Of a stretch of 64,000 bases of DNA, positions 12,239 to 25,517 are shown piece by piece. A program made the position numbers and the translations under genes. Source of the DNA: Malacoraja senta (Eukaryota). The DNA lies in the NCBI GenBank assembly GCA_038087875.1, contig CM075989.1, positions 22,818,001 to 22,882,000 of the forward strand. Direction: 5' to 3'. The notes below the pieces were generated by a model. That model saw only the letters and a program-made list of their open reading frames with translations. It was not told the DNA's origin and searched no databases. Each line of letters begins with the position of its first letter. Position 1 is the stretch's first letter.

Positions 12239-13875
12239 CTGAAGAATGGTCTTGACCAGGAATGTCGCCCATTCCTTCACTCCATAGATGCTGCCTCACC
12301 CGCTGAGTTATTCCAGCATTTTGTGTCTACCATCCTTTTTACCAGCATCTGCAGTTCTTTCTTACACACACATATACATACACACACACATACACTCACA
12401 CATATACATAGGCACACACACACACACACACATATATATATACATATATATATAACTTTATTTGTAATTATGGGTTTTACAGAGCACTGCGATCACATAT
12501 TCTGTTGTGCTGCTGCAAGTAAGAATGTCATTGTTCTCTTTTGTAACATATGACAATAAAACACTCTTGACTCTTCTTCACCACAGTTCCACAAGATCCT
12601 TTTCTACCCAACTGAAGGGTTAATGTGTTTGCGTCAGCACTTGGCCTGAATGTCCGTCACTCCACCTGTACCTCATACCCTCACTGCCACCCGCCACCTC
12701 CAGACAGACCGACCGACTGACCCTAACCACAGCTGTTACTTCTCTCCATTTCTCCCCGCACGCCAAACAAGTCATTATTCTGCCCAACAAGGCAGAACTA
12801 GTTTGAGTCTTGAACACAAATTGTGACCCTGACCGTGTGAAAGGTCATATCACCACACTTGTCTCCGTGACGTATATTTCCACTGCGACTACTTTGGAAG
12901 TGGTTGTTGGGGGATGTCCATATAATGTTGTGGTGGACACAGAGGCAAGTGGGGGAAAACGTTTACCCCATCATCAAAGACGTGCCCTAATGCTGAACAA
13001 TAAACACGGCGTTACAGTGGAGGAGCAATTTGGATCACTGTCAGACAGGATTACGAGCAGATCTATTTTGCTATCGACTATCTGGGGCCTGTCTCCCAAC
13101 TAAGATCTATCTGCATCTTCTCAACGCTGCCCCAGACTCTTCCATGCTATTTTTCTTCTCGCGTCACGACAGCTGCTTGAAAGCAAACACGTTCCAAGGA
13201 GCTGATTTTATCAGTGTAACTGGAACCCTTAATCCCAGCCCGGGTTTGTGTGTCAATGCAGAATTAATCCTCTTTTGTGTAATGAGAGGAACGAAAACGG
13301 CACGTGAAAGAAAACTCACCTATTTCGCTCAAAACTGGAGCATTATTAATTAAAAACCCAGTGTGTAATCAAACTTTAATCAGCTCACATCAATGTTTGC
13401 GTTTGACAATGAAAAGAATCATAATACTAATTTCTTCTGTTTGAAATCCGCTCGACCCCTGGGATATCAGGGAGATAGCTAGTTCACATCCTCATTATCA
13501 CACTCACAAGGTACACAGCCCTGCAGCTGGGATACAGATGCAGAGAATATACTAACCACATTGCCATTCCGAGAAGGCAGACCTCTCCCTATTTGTCAAT
13601 AAAGTGAGAAATAATGAATTACTGCTCAATAATGTATTCCAGGATTAGGACAGGCACAAGGTAAAACACAATAATGATGTGCAAACTGAAAATTGTTGTC
13701 AGATCAGATTAAATTCTTGTGACAATATACCACTCTATCATTTTATGATGAGCTCTGATGTTTGCACAAGCCTATTAGTAGATAGTTTATCGAAATATTA
13801 TAATCTGATTGGCTCACTGCACTCCTCTGTGGATGGTACACAGTGAGGCATTGAGCTGCGGTTCTGAACTTCAAA

Positions 13876-14512
13876 CTTAAAGGGCCCATGTACTTTATTC
13901 TTAAAGGGCCCACACACATTATTCTTAAAGGGCCCATGTACTTTATCCTTAAAGCGCTACATACTTTAGCCTTAAATGCCCACATACCTTATCCTTAAAG
14001 GCCACAGACTTTATTCTTAAAGGGCCCCATACTTTATCCTTAAAGCGCTACATACTTTAACCTTAACTGGCATATTTTAGCCTTCAAGGGCCCACATTAT
14101 TCTCAAAAGGCACACATGCTTTATTCTTAAAGGGCCCACGTACTTTATCCTTAAAGCCCTACATACTTTAGCCTTAATATGCCCACATACCTTATCCTTA
14201 AAGGCGCACAGACTTCTTTCTTAAAGGGCCCATATACCTTATACTTAAAGGCCCACAGACTTTATTCTTAAAGGGCCCCATACTTTATCCTTACAGCCCT
14301 ACATACTTTAACCTTAACTGGCCCACATATTTTAGCCTTCAAGGGCCCACATACTTTATTCTTAAAGGGCCCACACACATTATTCTTAAAGGGTCCACAC
14401 ACCTTATTTTTTAAAAAGCCAACATACTTTATCCCTAAAGGGCCCACTAACCTCAAATAGCCGCCAGACTTTATCCTCAGTCCCTCGTACTTTATCTTTA
14501 AAGGGCCCGATA
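13876..14512. repeat. Degenerate minisatellite, unit about 24 bp (ctttattcttaaagggcccacata), about 26 copies
   Basis: Units read directly. One further unit at about 14566-14585. Confidence 0.9.
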
Positions 14513-15373
14513 TTTTGAGTTTGAGTTTAGTTTGTTGTCACATGTATCGAGGTACAGTGAAAAGCTCTATCCTTAAAGGGCCCATTGCATGTCCCATCTG
14601 CACTCGTCCCACCTGCTTGCATTTGGTCTATATTCCTCTAAACCTGTACTATTCATGTTCCTCCCGCATCCCAAAGACGTGCGGGTTTGTAAGTTAATCG
14701 GCCCTCTATAAATTGCCCGTGGTGTGTGGGGAGTGGATGGGAAAGTGGGATAACAGAACTAATGCCAGTGACGGGTATTTTTGCAGCGGGTAGAGTTGCT
14801 ACCTCACAGCTCCAGAGACCCGGGTTCGATCCCGACTCCGGGTGTTGTCTGTACGGAGTTGGTACGTTCTCCCCGTGACCTGCGTGGGTTTTCTCCGAGA
14901 TCTTCGGCTTCCTCCCACACTCCAAAGACGTACAGGTTTGTAGGCTAATTGGCTTTGTTTAAAAAAAAAATGTTGCTGGTCGGTGCGGACCCGGTCGGCC
15001 GAAGGGCCTGTTTTTGCGCTGCATCTCTAAACTAAACATAGAACAGTACAGAAACAGGCCCTCTGGTCCATAATGTTCTGATGCCCCGTTAAACTAATCA
15101 CATCTGGCTGCATGTGCTCTATACCCCTCCATAACGCACGTCCATGGTCCTATCTAAGTCTCCAAAACACCACTATTGTATCTGCCTCCGCCACCAGCTC
15201 AAGCAGTGCGTTGCAGGCACCCACCACCGTCCGCATAAATGAATGATAAAGGAATTGGCCCACAGAAATTTGAGTTTGAACTACACCCCGAATCTTCAAG
15301 CCTTGCTTGAGAAACAGCTATAATCTAATAATGGCAGCCCTACGCTTGAAGCAGAGACAGGGACATTTATACT

Positions 15374-15966
15374 GGGCCGGCAGCCCAGCGGCATGAATAT
15401 TGATCTCTCTAACTTCAGGTAACCCTGGCATTCCCTCTCTCTCAATCCCTCCCCCACCCAAGTTGCACTAGCTTCTCGATTGCACCCAACAAACATCTAA
15501 CAATGATCTGTTTAAGGAAGAACTGCAGATGTTGGGCAAATCGAAGGTAGACAAAAATGCTGGAGAAACTCAGCGGGTGAGGCAACATCTAAGGGTCTCG
15601 ACCCGAAACGTCGCCTATTCCTTCGCCCCATAGATGCTGCCTTACCCGCTGAGTTTCTCCAGCTTTTTTGTCTACCTAACAATGGCCTGTTTCCTTTATC
15701 ATCGTTACCTTTTTGCATATCTTTCATTCGTTGTTCTTTATCTCTCAACATCATCGTCTATATCTCTCGGTCCCCTTATCAGGCTCGAAGGGCCGAATGG
15801 CCTACTCCTGCACCTATTTTTTTCTATCCCTAACTAGTCTGAATAAGGGTCTCGACCCGAAACGTCACCCATTCCTTCTCTGAGAGATGCTGCCTGCCCC
15901 GCTGAGTTACTCCAGCTTTTTATGTCTATCCTCGGTTTAAACCAGCATCTGCAGTTCCTTCCTGCA
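15374..15966 (+). mobile_element. Penelope-like element 3' end (end of GIY-YIG ORF, UTR, hammerhead motif) with a nested inverted PLE piece
   Basis: Encodes ...QPSGMNIDLSNFR*, homologous to 63334-63497. Hammerhead-like core at 15839-15866 (G8 mutated). Nested piece 15514-15675 has an imperfect 17-bp TSD. Confidence 0.75.
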
Positions 15967-16716
15967 AAGGTACATTCATAGTTACTCGCACACTCCCTCC
16001 ACACAAGAGTGTTTCGCATTAAACTGATCCATGGAATCAACACAAAACAAGCTCATCTGTCTGCAGAGAATTCAAATTTCTTCTCTTAATCCATTTTTGA
16101 AAATGACTGATTGTAGAGTGTCAGACTCTATGACAAGGCAGATTGATCGCCCAACAAAGGTTGAGATGTATGACTGGGGTTGTGTCGAATGAATATTCAT
16201 ACAAGTGTGGCCTAGCTGAACAATTGTGCTTTAGTGAATCCTACATATTAAATTTGCTAATTGATGCATGCCCATAGTTGTGCTGTGGGTTTCATGTTGT
16301 CAATACTTCCCAAATATTATTGCAGGTTACAAAGGCTTGCAGGATTGATTACGTACTGAATCGATAAGTACGACCCCATTTGTAGCTAATTAATTCTCAA
16401 CAATATATAATCACTGGATGATGAATTGTGTTTGTGTATCTCTATCAGATTTGCTCAGTGGGTGAAAGATAATGTGAAGTTACTGGAAAGTCTCTCGTTG
16501 AAGTTGTGGTCACTTTCGCCAAGGTGAATTAATATTCCCATGTATCTATCGTAGTTGACTCTCCTAAAGCTAACTGATGCATCCAATACACAAATCCAAA
16601 ACTCAAGAGCAAAATGCAAAGTGCTGGCGGAACTCAGTGGAACAGACAACACCATGATTCAATCTGAAGAAGGGTCCTGATCCTAAACATCGTCTGTCCA
16701 TTCCCACCACAGAGGG

Positions 16717-17025
16717 TGGCACGGTGGCGCAGCGGTAGAGTTCCTGCCGTACAGCGCCAGAGACCCAGGTTCGATCCTGACTACGGGTGCTTGTCTGTAC
16801 GCAGTTTGTACGCTCTCCCCGTGACCTGCGTGGGTTTTCTCCAGGAGCTCCGGTTTCCTCCCACACTCCAAAGACGTACAGGTTTGTAGGTTAATTGGCT
16901 GCAGTAAAAAATTGTAAATTGTCCCTAGTGTGTGTAGGATTGTGCTAGTGAACGGGGTGATCGCTGGTCGGCACGGACTTGATGGGCCAACGGACCTGTT
17001 TCGGCGCTGTATCTATGAACTAAAC
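16717..17025 (+). mobile_element. V-SINE (HE1-like)
   Basis: Full head, core and tail. Confidence 0.85.
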
Positions 17026-17534
17026 AAGACTAAAAACGAAACACTTTGTGTTTTGCGCATGATTCCAGCATCTGTAATTCCGTGTGTCTCCAAGAGTCAA
17101 GATATATGGATTGTTTTATCTTCCTACTAGAACAAATATCTTGATTTCCATCTATTTCAAAGCACTGTTTCCAATAAAGGCAACGTTTCACTTCAAATTT
17201 TGCTGCTAGAAAGAGATTTTGGTGGAACTTCCCATGTGAAGGAGTACAGTGTAAAAGTCATTTATTCCCAACACATTACTTTCAAAAATCAATGAGAAGC
17301 AATGTGGACGTATTCAGTCTTCATGAACCTGGGCAGAACTGAGTATTTGCAAATATATACATTTTTTTTAAAGCGGGGAGAAGGTACATCTTTATCAACG
17401 TAATTTACAAATCTTGTACGGGTCAATATTTCACAAGCTGTTAAATAATTGGAGCAGAATTAGGCCATTCGGCCAATCAAGTCAACTCTATCAATCAATC
17501 GAGGCTGATGTATCTTTCCTTCTCAACCCCATTA

Positions 17535-17893
17535 GAAACACAGAAACATAGAAAATAGGTGCTGGAGGAAGCCATTCAGCCCTTCGAGCCAGCACCGCCA
17601 TTCATTGTGATCATGGCTGATCGTCCCCTATCAATAACCCGTGCCTGCCTTCTCCCCATATCCCTTGACTCCACTAGCCCCTAGAGCTCTATCTAACTCT
17701 CTCTTAAATCCATCCAGTGACTTGGCCTCCACTGCCCTCTGTGGCAGGGAATTCCACAAATTCACAACCCTCTGGGTGAAAACGTTTTTTCTCACCTCAG
17801 TCTTAAATGGCCTCCCCTTTATTCTAAGACTGTGGCCCCTGGTTCTGGACTCGCCCAACATTGGGAAAAAATTTCCTGCATCTAGCTTGTCCT
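17535..17893 (-). mobile_element. CR1 LINE 3' fragment
   Basis: ORF 17631-17906 (ESRTRGHSLRIKG...) and (TTTCTATG)n-like tail. Confidence 0.88.
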
Positions 17894-18119
17894 GCCTTCT
17901 CCCCATAACCCCTGACGCCCGTACTAATCAAGAATCTGCTCAATCTCCGCCTTAAAAATGCCCATTGACTAGGCCTCCACAGCCGTCTGTGGCCAATTTT
18001 GTGTCCACATTTCTGACCTGTAGAACTGCCAGACAGTTCTGGTCATCATTCCGTAGGAAGGGCAGCACCAGGGAAGTGCTGATGGGATTAACTAGAATTT
18101 TACCTGGGATGAGATTTGT

Positions 18120-18430
18120 TTTGTTTAGAGATACAACGAGGAAACAGGCCCTTCGGCTCACCGAGTCCACACCGACCAGTGATCCCAGCACACTAACATA
18201 GTTCCTACTAGGGACAATTTACATTTACAGATACCAAAGCCAATTCACGTACAAACGTGTACCTATTTGGAGTGTGGAAGGAAACAGACGATCTCGATGA
18301 AAACCCACGCGGTCACGGGGAGAACGTACAAACTCCGCACAGACAAGCACCCGTAGTCGGGATCGAACCCGTGTCTTTGGCGCTGTAAGCGTTGTAAGGC
18401 AGCAACTCTACCGCTGTGCCACCGTGCCAC
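18120..18430 (-). mobile_element. V-SINE (HE1-like)
   Basis: Full-length minus-strand copy. Confidence 0.8.
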
Positions 18431-19090
18431 CCAGCTCAGTTATGGGCAGTTACGTTCGGTTATAGGCAGAAACTGGATGGGCCAAGTTAATTTTCTTGGG
18501 AGGAGAGGAGAGAAAGCTGAGGGGAAACTTAATAGCGGGTTAGCAAACTACGAGGGTTGTAGGTTGGCACACATTAGGGTGCAATCGTTACACAAGGCCA
18601 ATTAACCTGCTAACCCACATGTCTTTGGGATGCGGGAGGAAACCCAGGCGGTCACAGGGAGAATGTGCCAACTCCACATAGACAGCTACAAGAGCAGGGT
18701 CGAAGCCGGGTCTCTGGCGCTGCGAGGCAGCAGCTCTACCAGCTGTGCCACTGTGCCACCCGCCCTTAAGAGCGTAACTATGAGTTCATATCACAGCAGT
18801 GGAATTAAATATGTAGTACACCACAGGGTGCTAAAAGGCCTTCAGCGCTAGGGATTTCTGTGGCTCCATGGATATCATCAATCTCTGTGGCTGTTGAATG
18901 TGAGAAGAAAGTAACCAAATATAATCATCAGTGTTAGAGATGAAAATCATAAGCAGAAAGACATTTGGAAAATAACAAATTCAATATTTCATTGGTTTAG
19001 ATTAGAAGGAGCTCCTAACTGGCAAATATCTCATCATTGTGACCCTATCAACTTATCTTTATCACTCATTTCTGCATAAGTTCATAAATT

Positions 19091-19410
19091 CTTAGTTTAG
19101 TTTAGAGATACAGTGTGGCAACAGGCCCTTCCACCCACCGATTCTGCATTGACCAGCGATCCCCGAACACTAACATTGTCCCACACACACAAGAGGCAAT
19201 TTTTTCTTTTTCTTTTTTAATACCAAGCCAATTAACCTACAAACCTGTACGTACGTCTTTGGAGTGTGAGAGGAAACCGAAGATCTCGGAGAAAACCCAC
19301 GCAGGTCATGGGAAGAACATACAAACTCCGTACAGACAGCACCCGTAGTCAGGATCGAACCCAGGTCTCTGGCGCTGTGAGGGAGCAACTCTACCGCTGT
19401 GCCACCATGT
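19091..19410 (-). mobile_element. V-SINE (HE1-like)
   Basis: Full-length minus-strand copy. Confidence 0.82.
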
Positions 19411-19666
19411 CGCCTGAACAGGAGCAGAATTAGGCCATTCGGCCCATCGAGTCTACTCTGCCATTCAATCATGGCTGATCTATCTTTCCCTCTCAACCCC
19501 ATTCTCCTGCCTTCTCCCCGTAACCCCTGACGCCCTTATCTATGGCAAATCTATGACGCTGCCCCATTCTTCAACTGCTGTATGGAACCGGGAGCAGAAT
19601 TAAATGTGGTAAAATCGGGCTACGTCGGAAAACAAAATCACAGCTCTAAGCAGCCACAATACTCAC

Positions 19667-19776
19667 TTTTTCAGTCTTTCGCCAAAAGATGCTATTGTAT
19701 CAAGGAAATTCTGAACACTAATGACAATATCTTGAACCTTGTGGAGCTTGCCCAGTAATCCTTTTCTTTCAGAGTC
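19667..19776 (-). CDS. MCTP2: MCTP2-like exon ([37 protein letters not shown])
   Basis: Acceptor gcttccAG, donor GTgagt, 110 nt. VQDIV..VQN.L..IASFGER motif. Confidence 0.95.
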
Positions 19777-20382
19777 CTGGAAGCAACAATAAATATCCGT
19801 CAGATAAATGGACTGGATAGTGGAGACACGCACTGTTCCTGCAAAAACCACTTCTATCCGTGATGATTAAAGCATTTTTAAATCATTGTGTTGTGAGTTT
19901 ATAAATCAGGTTCACACCCAGAAAACTGTCCAACACGTCCCAACATGGCATGTTGAAGACGTAGATGGTGGTTTTGGTCCGATGCTAAAACGAAGAGCAA
20001 TCATTCGATAAATTGATTTTTCTTCAGTATTTAGTTCAGTTGAGTTTGGAAATACAGCCCGGAAACAGGCCCTTCGGCCCACCGAGTCCGTGTCGACCAC
20101 ACCGCACACTAAATACAGTAAGGATAAATTACATTCATACCGAGCCAATTAACCTACAAACCTGTACGTCTTTGGAGTGTGGGAAGAAACCAAAGATCTC
20201 GAAGAAAACCCACGAGTCACGGGGAGAACGTACAAAATCCGTACGGACTGCACCCGTAGTCGGGATGGAACCCGGGTCTCAAGTGGCAACATCCTACACA
20301 CACTAGGGACAACTGACAATTTTACCGAAGCCAATTAGCCTACAAACCTGTACGTCTTTGGAGTATAGTTTGGAGATACAGC

Positions 20383-20553
20383 GCGACATGTCGACACGTG
20401 ATGCCTGTATGGTCGTGAGTAGTCGCCCAAAGCGTGGTACCTTTTTCTGGTCGCCGCTGGATTTTCAACATGTTAAAAATTTTAGGCCACCAGCTGCGAC
20501 TATGACGGGTGCCGGCAAGTCACCGAAAAAATCGCGTAAGTGGGACAGGCCCT
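20383..20553. mobile_element. Half copy of a Harbinger-like palindromic MITE
   Basis: Ends in AAGTGGGACAGGCCCT followed by TTA. Homologous to 31180-31345 and 40121-40317. Confidence 0.7.
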
Positions 20554-21402
20554 TTAGACCCCATGTATTAAGAAGCATTAAAGCTGCATTTTAGGTTTGT
20601 GGCTGGAACAATGAAGGCCAACAGGTTTCTTTCAGGATTCACAGCACGAAGCAAGCAAGCCTTTGCACAATTTGCTATCTTCTGCCACATGGGAATGCAC
20701 ATTAATGTCCAGGCCACTTAGCCCTGACTTAGCAAGCGTCTCTTCACAACAAATTAGCCCAGTTATTATAACAATCGTGGATGACACCCTGCTCTTAACA
20801 TTTCCAGGACCACAAAGACAGTCGAGAGCTTTTGTAAAATGCCACCTTGTGTTTAACAAGCTCCGCTCTCCAAGTCTGTGGCATTCTGAATTTTATTAGG
20901 GAGCTCGAGTGGAAAATAGGTTAGAGCTAATTGCAAGCCAAGCAAAAAGACTCTAGCCTCAGGTAGCTTGGGAATATTTCAAACAAGCAGCATTTAAAAA
21001 CCACGAGAACATGGCTCCCTTCTTTAATGCCTCGATCACAGAAACGCTTAACATTCCAAAGAGGGAAAAGCCTTCAAAAAAAAAAAAAAATCTGACTTGA
21101 TTTATTACTGAAGTCCTTTATAAATCAGAGTGCATGTGAATAATGATTCACAGTTCATTTTATTGTCTTGAACTTATTACCATACTTTTGGGGTATTGAC
21201 GGCTTCACTGTAAAAATCGAAGCAATGAGCAGACTAACAATTCAATTCCAAAGTGGACATCAATTGTCCACTTAAGCACTGGTCACCTTATTTGCATGTG
21301 CGTGTTTTGCAAAAATGAAGATTAAAGTTACCCCTCTGCAATTTTATCAACAGACCTGCAGCTCCTATGGTGTGGTGTAGTGCACGATCAAATGGGTTGT
21401 TT

Positions 21403-21690
21403 TTTCTTCTTCTGTCGAATGTCTTTTAGATCTGCAGCTCCGTTGAGGCGAGCCAGGCCAACGTGTCATCGTCCAGGTCAATCAGACCTCGTTCACCATT
21501 CGGTGGCCGGTGTAATGGTGTAGCCTAGATGGTTCCGCTGATTTCCACTGGTCTCTCCGTCTCGTCTTGACCCAGGCGGCCTTGGAAGCGTCAACCGGTG
21601 TTGTGCAGAGCAGCTCTTGGGCTTGCGTGGCAAAGGGGCGCCGTGACTTGAGGCGCAGTCTGATGGAGGAGGTGGGATTCACTGGTATTC
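21403..21690 (-). mobile_element. RTE-X-like LINE 3' remnant
   Basis: RLKSRRPF motif. A second frame ends ...GLIDLDDDTLAWLASTELQI*, followed by a very short UTR and an (AGA)n tail. Confidence 0.55.
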
Positions 21691-23218
21691 ACATTGAAAA
21701 TAGGTGCAGGAGTAGGCCATTCGGCCCTTCGAGCCAGCACCGCCATTCAATGTGATCATGGCTGATCATCCAAAATCAGTACCCCGTTCCTGCTTTCTCA
21801 CCATATCCCTTGATTCCATTAGCCCTAAGAGCTCTATCTAACTCTCTCTTGAATACATCCAGTGAATCGGCCTCCACTGCCTTCTGTGCCAGAGAATTCC
21901 ACAGATCCACAACTCTCTTATTCCAGCTTATCCAAGTCTCTTTCTGCCTGTGAATAACTAGCCATTAATCTCCCCAGACTGTTTGTACAAAAGTGTATGG
22001 GTATCATGGTGCTTTATGGCTGCTTTGCTTTCAAAGGCATAAATAGAAAAAGATCATTGTGCCAACAGATTAGTAAGTGATAGGAGCAAAATTAGGCCAT
22101 TCGACCCCGCAAGTCGACTCCGCCAAATCTACTCATCTTTCCCTCTCAACCCCATTCTCCTGCCTCCTCCCCATAACCCCTGACACCCGTACTAATCAAA
22201 AATCTGCCAATCTCCGCCTTAAAAATATCCATTGACTTGTCCTCCAGCCTTCAGTGGCAGTGAATTCCGCAGATTCACCACCCTCTGACTAAATAAATTC
22301 CTCTTCATCTCCTTTACGAAGGTACGTCCTAGTCTCTCCCACTAGTGGAACAGTGGAATGTTTGCTCTATTCAGGACTTTCACTATTCAGTAAGTTTCAA
22401 TGAGGTCCCCGCTAAACAGGGGGTACATTTGTTGATTGTGGATTTGTACATATTCTTTCTCATTGACTGACTGTGTTTGGTTCTGGTTTACCGGTATCTG
22501 GTCATCATTAGTTGTTCATAAATAAACGAAATAACATTGTGATGGTGCTATTAAAGTTGCCAGGGGTAAACGGGACGAACAAGGTTGGGAACCCCTGCGC
22601 TAGTGGGAACGCCCTCTCCACATCCACTTGCAACATGACAAGTCTCTGGGGATTGTAGAGTACGTTTGGGCATTAAGTCACGAAACGCTTCCATGTAAGT
22701 CAAACCTTATGAGTTAAATATTTATCCTGGTGTCAGCCGTCAAAGAACATCATCATAAAGGTTGGGGGTTTTACTCAGTTTCTGATATTTAATTCACCGT
22801 CACCATATTTTGAAAGTTAGATTGTGTGCTTGGTGTAAGAGACAAAGGAAGATTTTCCACCTCATTACATCGCTTTTATTTTCCTTCCTCTTAGACACTC
22901 CCTCAGGATCGAGGATGACTTACTTGCAGTTCACTGGGTTGAACAGTGACTGCCGTCCCAGCGTATGGGTATTATTTTATGGTCACATGCGCCGAGATAC
23001 AGTGAGAAGCTTTTGTCCGCTTACTATCCAGTCCGTTCAAATCATATTACACACCCTGGTATGATCAAGCCACACACGCACAAATACAACAGGTCACACA
23101 AACAGAAAAACAGCGGAGTGCGGAATACAGCGCTCCAGCATTATCCTTACAATTCCAGAGGAAAAAAGTCCAATGTCTACAATGAGGTGGATTGGAAGAT
23201 TTGGGCTACGCCTTAGAT

Positions 23219-23722
23219 CAGGGGTTGGCAACCTTGTTCTGCATAGGGGCCAGGACCCATGTCTGTGAGCGGATGGCGGGCCACATCTATCGCCATAGTG
23301 TGACACTTGGGGTTGTTTTTCGCAATCGTTTTCACGTGTTTTTCAATTCGTTTTCTGCAGTTCCCAGGTCGCTTGCGTGCCCCGGATGAGCTGCAGTTCC
23401 CAGGTCGCTTGCGTGCCCCGGGACGAGCTGCAGTTCCCAGGTCGCTTGCGTGCCCCGGGACGAGCTGCAGTTCCCAGGTCGCTTGCGTGCCCCGGGACGA
23501 GCTGCAGTTCCCAGGTCGCTTGCGTGCCCCGGGACGAGCTGCAGTTCCCAGGTCGCTTGCGTGCCCCGGGACGAGCTGCAGTTCCCAGGTCGCTTGCGTG
23601 CCCCGGGACGAGCTGCAGTTCCCAGGTCGCGAAAATGAATTTTTTTTAAATACGCCTGAGGGCCGGATTATTTCGGGTTACGGGCCAGATTCGGCCTGTG
23701 GGCTGTAGGTTGCTGACCCCTG
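23219..23722. mobile_element. hAT (Charlie-like) non-autonomous element containing a 37-bp tandem array
   Basis: TIR CAGGGGTTGGCAACCT/AGGTTGCTGACCCCTG. Perfect 8-bp TSD CCTTAGAT (23211-23218, 23723-23730). Confidence 0.9.
23355..23630. repeat. 37-bp minisatellite, about 7.5 near-identical copies
   Basis: Unit ctgcagttcccaggtcgcttgcgtgccccgggacgag, head to tail, no spacers. Confidence 0.95.
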
Positions 23723-24230
23723 CCTTAGATTATAGGTGGACTGGTCAGTGGTCTGACAATAGCGTGGAAAGCACTGTTTCTGAATCTTGTGGTGTGTGCT
23801 TAGAAACCTTTGTATCTCCTGTCTAATGGGAGAAAGGAGAGGACCAGGCAGAAGGCAACTGCAAATGGGGCAGAAGGTAGTTGAAGGGATGAGTGGCCTC
23901 TGCAAGATAGTGCACTCTTCCCTTTGTTTAAGGTGGGCATCTGTATCGCTCCTAATGCCATGGACCCGATACTCAATATCTACTGCATTTTGACTTGCCC
24001 AAAGTTGTCCAGGAGACATTCTTCGAGGAGGTTTTGAACACATCTTTGAATCTTTCCCTTTGGCTACTGGGAACGGTAAAACACAAGATCCCAGGACAAC
24101 AGCAGGTTTGGGTTAAAATGCAATACTGCCACCCGTGAACTATTCCTTTCTTCACTGTGCTTCCTTACTGTTGGCTTTAATAATTCATCCCATTGCTTGT
24201 TATCAGTGGACTTCCAAAGCTTTTCCTTGT

Positions 24231-24354
24231 GCAGGAAGGAACTGCAGATGCTGGTTTAAACTGAAGATAGACACAAAATGCTGGAGTAACTCAGCGGGGC
24301 AGGCAGCATCTCTGGAGGGAAGGAATGGGTGACGTTTCGGGTCGAGACCCTTCT
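24231..24354 (-). mobile_element. Short Penelope-like terminal insertion
   Basis: Flanked by a 16-bp TSD caaagcttttcc(t/a)tgt (24215-24230, 24355-24370). Truncated inside the hammerhead CUGAAGA box. Confidence 0.75.
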
Positions 24355-25517
24355 CAAAGCTTTTCCATGTTTAGTTTAGTTTAGAGATACAGCCCTTTTA
24401 GGATACAGACCCTTCGGCCCGCCGAGCCTGTGCCAACCAGCGATCACACGTTCAGATGAGTTCCATCCCACAAACTGGGGACGGTTTACAGAAGCTGATT
24501 GACCTCCAAACCTGCATCTTTCAGGTAAGTAGGAGTAAACGGAACACCCAAAGAGGTACGGTGAAAAGCTTTGTTTTGCATGTTATGCAATCATATACAA
24601 TAATATTATGTATGAATGTAACTCAAGATAGAGTAAAGATAAAGATACAGAGAACACAGTATAATTCACAGCATTGTAACAATTCCACAGGAGAAAATCC
24701 AACATGTGCAATAAGGTTGGTTGGAGACTCAGGACTGTACATTTTGGCAACGCAGGTCGGCACGGTGGCACAGTGGTGCAGTTGCTGCCTCACAGCGCCA
24801 GAGACCCGAGTTCAATCCTGACTACGGGTGCTGCCTGTACGGAGTTTGTACCACCCCCCCCCCCCCCCCCCCCCCGGGTTTATTCCGATTTTCTCCCACA
24901 AACGCACAGGTTTGTAGGTTAATTGGCTTCGGTAAAATTGTAAATTGTCCCAGGAGGGTGTCGGATAGTGCTGGTGTATGGGGATCGCTGGACGGCACGG
25001 ATTCGGTGGGCCGAAGGGCCTGTTTCCACGCTGTATCTCGAAACTAAGAAAACTGAGCTAAAGGTTCCGCTACTGCATCTTTCAAGGGATGAGACGCCAC
25101 AGTGATCCAACTGCACAGAAATGCAAACTCTGACAGTTCAAAGCAGACAGAAAACAGCTCCACAAGTCCGGCCTGGCTTTCTTTAAACAAAATGTAAAGA
25201 AATTCCATGAGAAAGAAAGTAAATGCCTCGACCCGAGGCCGATGGGAATAAATGGACTTTTATCTTTTGGCATAATGTTGAGGCAATGTTTTGGAATTTT
25301 GATAATTAAACAAGGCAAAGCATTTTAGCTTCATAGTTTGGGCAAATGGGATTTGTGTTGGCCCTTTGTTTATGTATTAAGCAGTATGTTTATAAATGGT
25401 AAACAGCTCTTCCCCTCAAGGACTGATTAGGAAAACCAGAAATTGCGACTGCTGTTTATAAGCTGTGCCACAAGGTCTCTATCTTTAAACTTAATATAAC
25501 ACATTAATATAACACAG

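Noticed and set aside
11765..12553. ORFs rich in VCIY or HTHI
   Set aside because: These are translations of a TA/CA microsatellite.
13876..14512. 24-bp repeats as CRISPR or a coding repeat
   Set aside because: Degenerate tandem monomers with no unique spacers and no sustained ORF.
22417..22597. Complete hAT element
   Set aside because: Only the right end (aaggttgggaacccctg) is TIR-like. The left end and TSD are imperfect, so it is at most a remnant.
23355..23630. 37-bp repeats as a CRISPR array
   Set aside because: Units are head to tail with no spacers, there are no cas genes, and the array lies inside a TSD-flanked hAT element in a vertebrate intron.
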